Shown: positions 42,301 to 53,239, numbered from the stretch's first letter. The stretch is 64,000 nt of DNA from Eledone cirrhosa (GCA_964016885.1 OZ024740.1:18786001-18850000); one strand, 5' to 3'. Numbers and translations are program-made. The notes: generated by a model from the sequence alone, not told the origin.

Positions 42301-45300
42301 CTGTTGTACCAGGAATAACCTGGTGTCTGTGGTGTAGCTGTTGTACCAGGAATAACCTGGTGTCTGTGGTGTAGCTGTTGTACCAGGAATAACCTGGTGT
42401 CTGTGGTGTAGCTGTTGTACCAGGAATAGTCTGGGGACTGTGGTGTAGCTGTTGTACCAGGAATAGCCTGGGGTCTGTGGTGTAGCTGTTGTACCAGGAA
42501 TAGTCTGGGGTCTGTGGTGTAGCTGTTGTACCAGGAATAGTCTGGGGTCTGTGGTGTAGCTGTTGTACCAGGAATAACCTGGGGTCTGTGGTATAGCTGT
42601 TGTACCAGGAATAACCTGGGGTCTGTGGTGTAGCTGTTGTACCAGGAATAGTCTGGGGACTGTGGTGTAGCTGTTGTACCAGGAATAACCTGGGGTCTGT
42701 GGTGTAGCTGTTGTACCAGGAATAACCTGGGGTCTGTGGTGTAGCTGTTGTACCAGGAATAACCTGGGGTCTGTGGTGTAGCTGTTGTACCAGGAATAGT
42801 CTGGGGTCTGTGGTGTAGCTGTTGTACCAGGAATAACCTGGGGTCTGTGGTGTAGCTGTTGTACCAGGAATAGTTTGGGGTCTGTGGTGTAGCTGTTGTA
42901 CCAGGAATAGTCTGGGGTCTGTGGTGTAGCTGTTGTACCAGGAATAGTCTGGGGTCTGTGGTGTAGCTGTTGTACCAGGAATAGTTTGGGGTCTGTGGTG
43001 TAGCTGTTGTACCAGGAATAACCTGGGGTCTGTGGTATAGCTGTTGTACCAGGAATAACCTGGGGTCTGTGGTGTAGCTGTTGTACCAGGAATAACCTGG
43101 TGTCTGTGGTGTAGCTGTTGTACCAGGAATAACCTGGTGTCTGTGGTGTAGCTGTTGTACCAGGAATAGCCTGGGGTCTGTGGTGTAGCTGTTGTACCAG
43201 GAATAACCTGGGGACTGTGGTGTAGCTGTTGTACCAGGAATAGTCTGGGGTCTGTGGTGTAGCTGTTGTACCAGGAATAGTTTGGGGTCTGTGGTGTAGC
43301 TGTTGTACCAGGAATAGTCTGGGGTCTGTGGTGTATCTGTTGTACCAGGAATAACCTGGGGTCTGTGGTGTAGCTGTTGTACCAGGAATAACCTGGGGTC
43401 TGTGGTGTAGCTGTTGTACTAGGAATAACCTGGGGTCTGTGGTGTAGCTGTTGTACCAGGAATAGTCTCGGGTCTGTGGTGTAGCTGTTGTACCAGGAAT
43501 AGTCTGGGGTCTGTGGTGTAGCTGTTGTACCAGGAATAGTCTGGGGTCTGTGGTGTAGCTGTTGTACCAGGAATAACCTGGGGTCTGTGGTGTAGCTGTT
43601 GTACCAGGAATAGTCTGGGGTCTGTGGTGTATCTGTTGTACCAGGAATAACCTGGGGTCTGTGGTGTAGCTGTTGTACCAGGAATAACCTGGGGTCTGTG
43701 GTGTAGCTGTTGTACCAGGAATAGTCTCGGGTCTGTGGTGTAGCTGTTGTACCAGGAATAGTCTGGGGTCTGTGGTGTAGCTGTTGTACCAGGAATAACC
43801 TGGGGTCTGTGGTGTAGCTGTTGTACCAGGAATAGTCTCGGGTCTGTGGTGTAGCTGTTGTACCAGGAATAGTCTGGGGTCTGTGGTGTAGCTGTTGTAC
43901 CAGGAATAGTCTGGGGTCTGTGGTGTAGCTGTTGTACCAGGAATAACCTGGGGTCTGTGGTGTAGCTGTTGTACCAGGAATAGTCTGGGGTCTGTGGTGT
44001 AGCTGTTGTACCAGGAATAACCTGGGGTCTGTGGTGTAGCTGTTGTACCAGGAATAGTCTGGGGTCTGTGGTGTAGCTGTTGTACCAGGAATAACCTGGG
44101 GTCTGTGGTGTAGCTGTTGTACCAGGAATAGTCTGGGGTCTGTGGTGTAGCTGTTGTACCAGGAATAACCTGGGGTCTGTGGTGTAGCTGTTGTACCAGG
44201 AATAGTCTGGGGTCTGTGGTGTAGCTGTTGTACCAGGAATAACCTGGGGTCTGTGGTGTAGCTGTTGTACCAGGAATAGTCTGGGGTCTGTGGTGTAGCT
44301 GTTGTACCAGGAATAGTCTGGGGTCTGTGGTGTAGCTGTTGTACCAGGAATAGTCTCGGGTCTGTGGTGTAGCTGTTGTACCAGGAATAGTCTGGGGTCT
44401 GTGGTGTAGCTGTTGTACCAGGAATAGTCTCGGGTCTGTGGTGTATCTGTTGTACCAGGAATAACCTGGGGTCTGTGGTGTAGCTGTTGTACCAGGAATA
44501 ACCTGGGGTCTGTGGTGTAGCTGTTGTACCAGGAATAGTCTGGGGTCTGTGGTGTAGCTGTTGTACCAGGAATAGTCTGGGGTCTGTGGTGTAGCTGTTG
44601 TACCAGGAATAACCTGGGGTCTGTGGTGTAGCTGTTGTACCAGGAATAGTTTGGGGTCTGTGGTGTATCTGTTGTACCAGGAATAACCTGGGGTCTGTGG
44701 TGTAGCTGTTGTACCAGGAATAACCTGGGGTCTGTGGTGTAGCTGTTGTACCAGGAATAGTCTGGGGACTGTGGTGTAGCTGTTGTACCAGGAATAGTCT
44801 GGGGTCTGTGGTGTAGCTGTTGTACCAGGAATAACCTGGGGTCTGTGGTGTAGCTGTTGTACCAGGAATAACCTGGGGACTGTGGTGTAGCTGTTGTACC
44901 AGGAATAGTCTGGGGTCTGTGGTGTAGCTGTTGTACCAGGAATAACCTGGGGTCTGTGGTGTAGCTGTTGTACCAAGAATAACCTGGGGTCTGTGGTGTA
45001 GCTGTTGTACCAGGAATAGTCTGGGGTCTGTGGTGTAGCTGTTGTACCAGGAATAGTCTGGGGACTGTGGTGTAGCTGTTGTACCAGGAATAGTCTGGGG
45101 TCTGTGGTGTAGCTGTTGTACCAGGAATAACCTGGGGTCTGTGGTGTAGCTGTTGTACCAGGAATAGTCTGGGGTCTGTGGTGTAGCTGTTGTACCAAGA
45201 ATAACCTGGGGTCTGTGGTGTAGCTGTTGTACCAGGAATAGTCTGGGGTCTGTGGTGTAGCTGTTGTACCAGGAATAGTCTGGGGACTGTGGTGTAGCTG

Positions 45301-45701
45301 TTGTACCAGGAATAGTCTGGGGTCTGTGGTGTAGCTGTTGTACCAGGAATAGTCTGGGGTCTGTGGTGTAGCTGTTGTACCAGGAATAGTCTGGGGTCTG
45401 TGGTGTAGCTGTTGTACCAGGAATAACCTGGTGTCTGTGGTGTAGCTGTTGTACCAGGAATAACCTGGGGTCTGTGGTGTAGCTGTTGTACCAAGAATAA
45501 CCTGGGGTCTGTGGTGTAGCTGTTGTACCAAGAATAACCTGGGGTCTGTGGTGTAGCTGTTGTACCAGGAATAACCTGGGGTCTGTGGTGTAGCTGTTGT
45601 ACCAAGAATAACCTGGGGACTGTGGTGTAGCTGTTGTACCAGGAATAGTCTGGGGTCTGTGGTGTAGCTGTTGTACCAGGAATAACCTGGGGTCTGTGGT
45701 G
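27310..45701. repeat. Giant intronic minisatellite, 37-bp unit x 497
   Basis: Consensus GTGTAGCTGTTGTACCAGGAATA(A/G)(C/T)CTGG(G/T)G(T/A)CTGTG. 27310 + 497x37 = 45699 lands on a unit start. The 37-aa periodicity of the ORF track equals three units. Confidence 0.99.
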
Positions 45702-45790
45702 AGATGATGACGGCAATAATAACCATTCATTATGACGTGTGTATGTAAATTGACTTGTTGTGCACACACACATACACACACACACACACA

Positions 45791-45829
<39 letters not shown>

Positions 45830-45861
45830 ACATACACACACACACACACACGCACACACAC

Positions 45862-45930
<69 letters not shown>

Positions 45931-46179
45931 GTTATGTAATAAACAAAGTAAGACAATTATTCCATTTACCAGAGGTTTCACGAAGGCAGACGAGCTCGAC
46001 ACGAGCGATTTCAGACATCTGTGTCGAGCTCGTCTGCCTTCCTGAAACCTTTGGTAAATTATATAATTGTCTTATGTTGTTTATTACATGACTAAATAGG
46101 TCTGTAGCCTACATAGAGCACTCTCCCTTCCTTTACCTTTCCTACGGACACAATATATATATATATGTATATATATATA

Positions 46180-46341
46180 TATTCATTTTATTAAGGCTAA
46201 ATAGTGAGTCTTATTCCTCCGGTGTTTCGCTTGTGTATCACAGGGTCGTCAGACAAAATGTTCTTTTCTGATGACCCTGTGGTAAATAGGCGAAACCCCG
46301 GAGTAACAAAACTCACGATTTACCCTTATTAACATGAATAT
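46180..46341. repeat. Imperfect fold-back element with two partly decayed hammerhead motifs
   Basis: Plus arm CUGAUGA-C-CCUGU...AUAGG-C-GAAAC-CCCGGA-GUA^ACAAAA. Minus arm UUUUGU-CUGACGA...GAAAC-ACCGGA-GGA. Confidence 0.65.
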
Positions 46342-46395
46342 TAAAACTCTACTTCTGTATTGAGTACCCTTTTCTGTCAAACGTCAATCACATAC

Positions 46396-46437
<42 letters not shown>

Positions 46438-46578
46438 GTATGTGGTATTTTCTTCGGGGTTATAAGAGGCTTAGCTCTGTTTCTCGACCGTTATATCGCG
46501 TGACTATCTCCTCCTCCGCCTTTTGGGATTCTTTCTCACGTCGTGTAGACGCGTTCTTGAGACTAGTAAAATGAGGTA

Positions 46579-46668
46579 TCCTCTTGATAAGTCGGCAGAC
46601 CTCGCAAGGACTCTATACCTTTATGATATATTGTTTTTGTTTATGCCACGAAACTACGTAGTCGAGGA
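46579..46668 (+). ncRNA. Type I hammerhead-like motif, U3-A8 core variant (copy 1)
   Basis: UCCUC-UUGAUAA-GU(C)GGCA...UGCC-AC-GAAAC-UACGUA-GUC^GAGGA. Stem III is the palindrome ACUACGUAGU. Confidence 0.72.
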
Positions 46669-47173
46669 ATTTAGGAGCAGTTTAGGTATGATACATTTTA
46701 TTACTAATTATATCTAAATGTTTCTTCTCTCTTCATAATGTATTTTTAACTCTGATACTGGTTCAGTCTAGTTCAACTGAATTGGTCTGTCCCAGTCATT
46801 CATTGAGCAACATCGGTGAAGTTGGCACCCTTAACTCACAGTTGGGTGCGGATGCATTCATGTATATATGTGTATGTCCGCATGTATCTGTGTGTTTCTA
46901 AATATATTGTTAATAACTCCCTCTGGTCGAGCAATCTTTAAAGTGTGGGGACAGCTGGAAAACTTCCATTACTCATACTTCTCGCCTTCTTCACCACCTA
47001 TTCTGCGGCCTCGATATAAATACCCCCTCCGCCTCCGTGGTATTTTCTTCGGGGTTATAAGAGGCTTAGCTCTGTTTCTCGACCGTTATATCGCGTGACT
47101 ATCTCCCCCTCCGCCTATTGGGATTCTTTCTCACGTCGTGTAGACGCGTTCTTGAGACTAGTAAAATGAGGTA

Positions 47174-47263
47174 TCCTCTTGATAAGTCGGCAGACCTCGC
47201 AAGGACTCTATGTCTTTATGATATATTGTTTTTGTTTATGCCACGAAACTACGTAGTCGAGGA
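47174..47263 (+). ncRNA. Type I hammerhead-like motif, U3-A8 core variant (copy 2)
   Basis: Same as 46579-46668, offset by 595 bp. Confidence 0.72.
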
Positions 47264-47332
47264 ATTTAGGAGCAGTTTAGGTATGATACATTTTATTACT
47301 AATTATATCTAAATGTTTCTTCTCTCTTCATA

Positions 47333-47460
<128 letters not shown>

Positions 47461-47620
47461 GTGTGTGTGTGTGTGAGTGTGTGTGTGTGTGAGTCTGTGT
47501 ATGTATGTCTGTGTGTGTGTCTGTGTATGTGTGTGTATATGTGTATGTGTGTGTGTGTATGAGTGTGTGTGCATGTGCTTGTATTGAAAGTGTGTTAAAA
47601 AAGGTTATAAGTAGACTTAC

Positions 47621-47724
47621 AGATCCGACACGTTGCCCAAGGTCAGCACTCCAATCAAGACTCCCAAGAAGAAGAACACAATACAGTTGGCCGCCATTAG
47701 GCTAGAGTCACACACAAGGTTCAT
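47621..47724 (-). CDS. SLC22-like gene, 104-bp exon (NLVC motif plus TM2); absent from the ORF track
   Basis: Reverse complement reads MNLVCDSSLMAANCIVFFFLGVLIGVLTLGNVSD(L), flanked by ttccag and gtaagt. Phase 0 to 2 fits both neighbouring exons, and 104 bp is the usual size of this SLC22 exon. Confidence 0.92.
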
Positions 47725-47759
47725 CTGGAACAGAATAGAAATAGAGAAGAAGAATAATA

Positions 47760-48135
47760 ATGGTTTCTAATTTAGGCACAAGGCCAGCAATTTGAAGGGG
47801 GAGGGAAAAGTATATTAATTCGACCCCAGTGCATTACTGGTACTTTATTTTATCAATCTCGTAAGGATGAAAGGCAAAATTAACCTCGGCGGGATTTGAA
47901 CTCAGACCATAAAGGGCCGTAACTCTTTGCTGCTAAGCATGGCGTCCGATTCTCTACCGGCTCTGCCAATCCACCATCCTAAACTAAACTAATTATTGTC
48001 TCTACTTTTGGCACAAGCCCAGCAATTATCCCAGTACATTACTGGTACTTTATTTTATCGACCCCGTAAGGATGAAAGGTAAAGTGAACCTCGACGGGAT
48101 TTGAACTCAGACTATAAGGGGGTGTAACTCTATGA
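47760..48135 (-). mobile_element. Tandem pair of dominant-family SINEs next to the 104-bp exon
   Basis: Same dimer junction (ctctaccggctctgccaatccaccatcctaaactaaactaat) as 21580-21982. Confidence 0.85.
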
Positions 48136-48294
48136 TGCATAATAATAATTCAAGTACGGAAGATAACTCCGGACGTGTTTCGGTGTTATTGTAGACTTAT
48201 CAGTACTATCATTAATTATAATGTACAAGATTACATAAAGTGTTTAGAGATTATGAAAAGGAATGTAATCCTGTTTAATTATATATGTAACTTG

Positions 48295-48590
48295 CTCCTT
48301 TGACGCAAGAGTGCAAGAAAAGAAGGAGAAAATTAACCAGTACCAGGGTGTTAAGTGGGAAATGAAAAGGATTTGGAACTGTTGTGAGATCAAGGTTGTC
48401 CACATTGTCATAGGAGCACTAGGTACTATCTTGAAGAGTTTTCAAAGCAAGCTGAAGAACATTACCTCAGCCCCCTTTTTGGAAAACATCAAAATGCAAG
48501 GACCTTCTGATATGTCCTGAATACCTGAGGCTGCAGGTAGTGGCTTAGGGTAAATTTTCCGGTTATATAACATCAATGACTGAGATATCA
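48295..48590 (+). mobile_element. R4/Dong-like LINE 3' fragment (related fragment at about 6960-7205)
   Basis: EKEKINQYQGVKWEMKRIWNC..KVVHIVIGALG. Shares the tail cctgaatac/tctgaggctgcaggtagtggctt with 7120-7155. Confidence 0.65.
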
Positions 48591-48742
48591 AATTCGAAAT
48601 AATAGTAATGATAATAATAATAAGGATCAGGAAGGAAGTATCAATATGAAATCAATAGGTTTATTCATACGTGACGCACGTTTCGCGGTCGATCAGGCTC
48701 ATAACAAAAATGCCGAACTGATGAACTGAGGGAAGTAATGAT

Positions 48743-48840
<98 letters not shown>

Positions 48841-48967
48841 GTTATTCCGGGTTGAATCGGAGGTAACCACAGTAAGTAAGGTACTCAATACATAGCAGAG
48901 TATAACAGTTTTAATATAGATGAGATTCTACAGGACTAGAACTGTTTCATTCATTAGAAATCATCAG

Positions 48968-49016
48968 GATTCCTGATGATTTCTAATGAATGAAACAGTT
49001 CTAGTCCTGTAGAATC
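48968..49016 (+). ncRNA. Type I hammerhead ribozyme inside a perfect palindrome (48914-49026)
   Basis: GAUUC-CUGAUGA-U-UUC(UAAU)GAA-U-GAAAC-AG(UUCUAGUC)CU-GUA^GAAUC. The 56-bp arms surround a 1-nt centre at 48970. Confidence 0.8.
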
Positions 49017-49021
49017 TCATC

Positions 49022-49068
<47 letters not shown>

Positions 49069-49259
49069 AAAAGGAAAACAGAAATAACAACACAATCGGT
49101 ACAGTATATGGAAGGTATATATTAGGTTAACGTTTGATATGGCAGGAAGAGGGTATATATATATATATTGTTATACTTGGGGAGGGTCATATTTGTGTAA
49201 TATTGCCAGAATTAATAACAGAACACACTCACTGTTTGGTTGGTTTTCGCTTCTCGCTG

Positions 49260-49310
<51 letters not shown>

Positions 49311-49500
49311 AATAATTGTTTCTACTTTTGGCACAAGGCCAGCAATTTTCCCACTGGTAATTTATTTTATCGACCAGTAAGGATGAAAGACAATGTTAAC
49401 CTCGGCGGGATTTGAACTCAGACCATAAAGGGCCGTAACTCTTTGCTGCAAAGCATGGCGTCCGACCGTGTACCGATACTGCCAATCCACCACCCTTTAT

Positions 49501-49887
49501 ATAGTGAAATAATGGTTTCTGTGAAGAGTAACATGGTTGGCTGTACAATAAGGTGCTTTATTTCAAGTACTGACAATTGTTTCATTGTTCAGGTGAGTCT
49601 AGAGTTCGCTAATCGATTGAAGTTGGGTCACTCGATCTCCAATACATTATTTACCTCTGATCAACACATCAGAGTACGTAGATATAAAAATGCCTCGAGT
49701 GAATTATTTTTATATCTACGTACTCTGATGTGTTGATCAGGGGTAAATAATGTATTGGAGATCGAGTGACGCAACTTCAATCGATTAGCGAACTCTAGAC
49801 TCACCTGAACAATGAAACAATTGTCAATACCTGAAATAAAGTCCTTTATTGTACAGCCAACCATGTTACTATTCATTCTTTCACTAT
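49501..49887. repeat. Fold-back element with hammerhead-like motifs on both arms (49567-49677 minus, 49720-49830 plus)
   Basis: Inverted arms of about 165-190 bp around a 14-nt spacer (49692-49705). Minus arm reads GUACU-CUGAUGU-GUUGAUCAG...CUGAACAAU-GAAAC-AAUU-GUC^AGUAC (A9 replaced by U). Confidence 0.8.
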
Positions 49888-49914
49888 TATTACTCCAAGT
49901 ATAACCTATGATGT

Positions 49915-50012
49915 TGATGTTAAGGGCAATACAATGTTGATGTTAAGGGCAATACAATGTTGATGTTAAGGGCAATACAATGTTGATGTTAAGGCCAATA
50001 CAATGTTGATGT
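49915..50012. repeat. 23-bp tandem repeat x4.3
   Basis: Unit TGATGTTAAGGGCAATACAATGT. Confidence 0.95.
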
Positions 50013-50088
50013 GGGAAGAGGGTGCAAGTTTGAAGGGATTAACTTCGAAGGAATGAGAAATCAAGACATAGAGACAGAAATAACTCAC

Positions 50089-50308
50089 GTCCTCTATAAC
50101 TGATGTTCTAAAGATGGAATGGTCGTAAACCCACGAATCACACTGGGACTTGGTGGTATTCTCACCCAGGCTCTTGTTGTATATTTGACATTTATCATAC
50201 GTATATTTATCTTCTTTGAACTCATAGGGAATACTGTTGTTGACTAGATCGGCATGGGCCCGTCCTTGGATTTCGTATGTATCATTCGCCACATTTGGTA
50301 GAGCACAC
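50089..50308 (-). CDS. SLC22/organic cation transporter-like gene, exon encoding the large extracellular loop (220 bp)
   Basis: Translates (R)CALPNVANDTYEIQ...YDKCQIYNKSLGENTTKSQCDSWVYDHSIFRTSVIED, containing the C..WVYD.S.F..SV..E motif of SLC22 loop 1. Acceptor ttctttag at 50309-50316, donor gtgagt at 50083-50088. Ends in phase 0. Confidence 0.9.
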
Positions 50309-50611
50309 CTAAAGAAAATCAATCAATATTTGTTTTTAAAGCTTATATAATAAATATGGTTTCAAGAAAAAAATGAATAAATAAAAAAAGCAAAGCCACA
50401 CAAAATCTCTTGTATTCACTCTTTACCGAAGTTTCCTGCAACAGAAGCCTCAAGGTTCGGACAACCACCTGTAACTGACACATTACGAATATACATTTCG
50501 TTACCACTCTGAGACAGATGTGCTCTTTTATACGTTCACACCATATCTCACTGAGTAATTGTGAGCAATTGCTAGTACCAGTAGAGGGTCTGACGCCATC
50601 TTTACAGCAAA

Positions 50612-50862
50612 GATATACGGCCCTTTATGGTCTGAGTTCAAATCCCGCCGAGGTTAACTTTGCCTTTCATCCTTACGAGGTCAATAAAATAAAGTACCAG
50701 TAATATACTGGGATAATTGCTGGCCTTGTGCCAAAAGTAGAAACAATTATTATTATTCTGCCGTGGTTAACTTTGCCTTTCATCCTTACGGGGTCGATAA
50801 AATAAAGTACCAGTAATTCACTGGGATATTTGCTGGCTTTGTGCCAAAAGTATAAACAATTA
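50612..50862 (+). mobile_element. Two partial dominant-family SINEs
   Basis: B box gagttcaaatcc and the family body on the plus strand. Confidence 0.8.
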
Positions 50863-51130
50863 TAACTAATATATTCCCTATAACCTCGTCAATATATAAT
50901 TATTTCAAAGTATCAAAATTATCATCGTGGCCTGATTGGTGATATCATTCTAATGATATTCAATATTGATACCACGAAATATATATATATCAAGTGAGTG
51001 TAACTTGGAGTTACTGTAGGTTTACCCGAGTGAGCACTCGATGTTTAGGTTCATTTCACTGTAGAGGTTTAGAGCTAGACAGAGTGTATTATAGTTAAAT
51101 AAGATAACAAGGACGATTGGTTACTCCTTC

Positions 51131-51240
51131 ATTACGTTTATTGGTTGGTGACGCGCGTTTCGCCACTGGCCAGCTCAAGGTTCGATCTGTATCGATCTGA
51201 CCTGACTCTGTAACCCGCGGCTCGTCAGACCCCTTGTAAT
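51131..51240 (-). ncRNA. Type I hammerhead ribozyme with about 60-nt stem II
   Basis: GGU-CUGACGA-GCCGC...GUGGC-GAAAC-GCGC-GUC^ACC. Canonical core, palindromic stem III ACGCGCGU, distal AUUAC/GUAAU pairing. Confidence 0.82.
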
Positions 51241-51309
51241 GTATATATATATAGTGAAAGAATGAAGAATAACATGGTCGGCTGTACAACAAGGGGCTTT
51301 ATTTCAGGT

Positions 51310-51416
51310 ATTAACAATTGTTTCATTGATCAGGTGAGTTTAGAGGTCGCTAATTACTCGAAGTTGTGTCACTCGATCTTAAATACAGTATTTACCTCTG
51401 ATCAAATCCTCAGAAT
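51310..51416 (-). ncRNA. Type I hammerhead ribozyme with about 80-nt stem II (same family as the 49.5-49.9 kb arms)
   Basis: AUU-CUGAGGA-U-UUGAUCAG...CUGAUCAA-U-GAAAC-AAUU-GUU^AAU. Confidence 0.7.
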
Positions 51417-51686
51417 GTGTATATATATATATATATATATATCAAAGGTATATATTGAGTTAGAAACTCAAAATAGTCTCTTACAATTAAATAGCTCAAA
51501 GAAAGAGGTTTTTCTGAGCCGTGAAATATAATTAATATAAAAGAGATAAACACAGATATAAACATATATGTGTTCAAACCACATTGTTAATAGCTAGTAT
51601 TTTTTTTCACCCTAGCGAACGCCTAGTCCCTTACAATTTGAACACATGTATCTTTATATCTGTGTTTATCTCTCTTTTATATTCAA

Positions 51687-52674
51687 CTAGCAGTAAAGCC
51701 CGGCGTTGCTCGGGGTCGCTCAGTAGCTGTGTTAAAGTTACAATGTTAAGTTTCTTTTTTGGCTTAAAAACTGTAGTGTCTACTGTGCAGACTTGCATGT
51801 GGTGTTTTTGATTAATATTCCCTCAACGAACAATATGCCTTATGAAGTTAAGAAAACATAACGATAACCCGAATGTTATAACAAAAGAGGATGCTGGGGA
51901 TAGAAACTGCACTGGTTATTTATTAACAAAGATCGAAAATGTAAACACTGCAACGCAGAGAAAAACATTAGCGTAACCAAATTATCAGTTATGTCTGTCT
52001 GCACGCCTATATCACCTCTCTGCACGACTGTCTGTCTGCACGCCTATATCACCTCTCTGCACGACTGTCTGTCTGCACGCCTATATCAACTCTCTGCACG
52101 ACTGTCTGTCTGCACGCCTATATCACCTCTCTGCACCACTGTCTGTCTGCACGCCTATATCACCTCTCTGCACGACTATCTGTCTGCACGCGTATATCAC
52201 CTCTCTGCACGACTGTCTGTCTGCGCGACTGTCTGTCTGCACGCCTAACGACGAAATATTTGCTTGTTTTACGTAGTCTTTAAATAGACTTGTTTTCAAG
52301 TAAAAATATTGTTTTAAAATGCTTTTAAATGGAAATGAAGCGAAACGGAAGCTTAGTGTTCGAACTGATGAATTTTGCAGGTCAATATTTTGCTGGCTCG
52401 ACAACTGTTAAAGCCAGTGTAATTTTTTACGTAAGACGCTCAATGTAAACAGAACAAAGGGAAATAACTGATAACTTACGCTCAAAAATCGATACATTAT
52501 ATTCGATTTCGTCACATAGGGTGGGTCAATTTGAAATTTTTTTTTTCCGATGTCTTCGCTAGGGCTCAATGTACAAGTATAGCAATTTCGGTGCAATTCC
52601 GTGAGAGATTCTAAGAGGAGATGTGTGCCAAAAATCGATAGACAGACAGACAACCACAGTTTTATATATATAGA
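51687..52674 (-). mobile_element. Non-autonomous Helitron
   Basis: Minus strand starts TC(TATATATATAAAAC) and ends CTAG. Subterminal GC-rich hairpin CCCGAGCAACGCCGGG, insertion between A and T, no TSD. Confidence 0.8.
51992..52246. repeat. 37-bp minisatellite, about 6.5 copies, inside the Helitron
   Basis: Unit TGTCTGTCTGCACGCCTATATCACCTCTCTGCACGAC. Confidence 0.95.
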
Positions 52675-53162
52675 TTATATATGCATATATATATATATAT
52701 ATTCTGAGAATTTGATCAGAGGTAAACACTGTACCTCTATGCGTCAAAACATGGTGCCCGATGGTCTAGCGATACTGCCGGAATATATATATATATATAT
52801 ATCCAAAATTAAGATAAATCAAAGTGAATTTAATCTAAATCAAAATTATGGGTGTCATGCCAGAAAGGCATGCGCCATATCACCCGTAAAATAAACTCCA
52901 AGATTCTAATGAATAGGTCCGAGCATTTTATAACAACTAGAAATTGATTAACATATAATTAAACATATGAAACAATTTTCATATGTTTCATATGTTTATT
53001 TATATTTTAATCAATTTCTAGTTGTGACTATAGCGTCAAAAAGGGAAAAATAGTTATCGTAAGATGTAGGAAAAATAATTCAAACTCAACTCAAAGAGAA
53101 TCAGGATATAGATTCATCCACACAATTTAGTGAAATCCAGGGAAAAATAAATAGAGCCTTAA

Positions 53163-53239
<77 letters not shown>

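Noticed and set aside
27310-45701. CRISPR array (37-bp repeat with an internal hairpin)
   Set aside because: Units are directly adjacent with no unique spacers, there are no cas genes, and the context is eukaryotic.
27293-45907. 6204-aa ORF (and the overlapping 1644-aa and 845-aa ORFs) as a giant repeat protein
   Set aside because: The 37-bp unit lacks minus-strand stops, so all three frames give the same cyclic peptide. The ORF starts in a (TG)n microsatellite and lies in an intron. Avoiding the three rare TAG variants is expected by chance.
46523-47312. Duplicated 64-aa ORFs as a small gene pair
   Set aside because: Non-ATG starts, no recognisable motif, and they only reflect the direct repeats of the hammerhead element.
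48160-48705. Degenerate HHR-like motifs at 48170-48205 (relative at 25335-25372) and 48672-48702
   Set aside because: GAAAC..GUC halves are present but the cores are mutated (CUGAUAA, CUAAUAA, GUUAUGA) and stem I is unsupported, so they were not counted.
51992-52246. Common origin with the giant array because both have 37-bp units
   Set aside because: No sequence similarity on either strand; the equal length is treated as coincidence.
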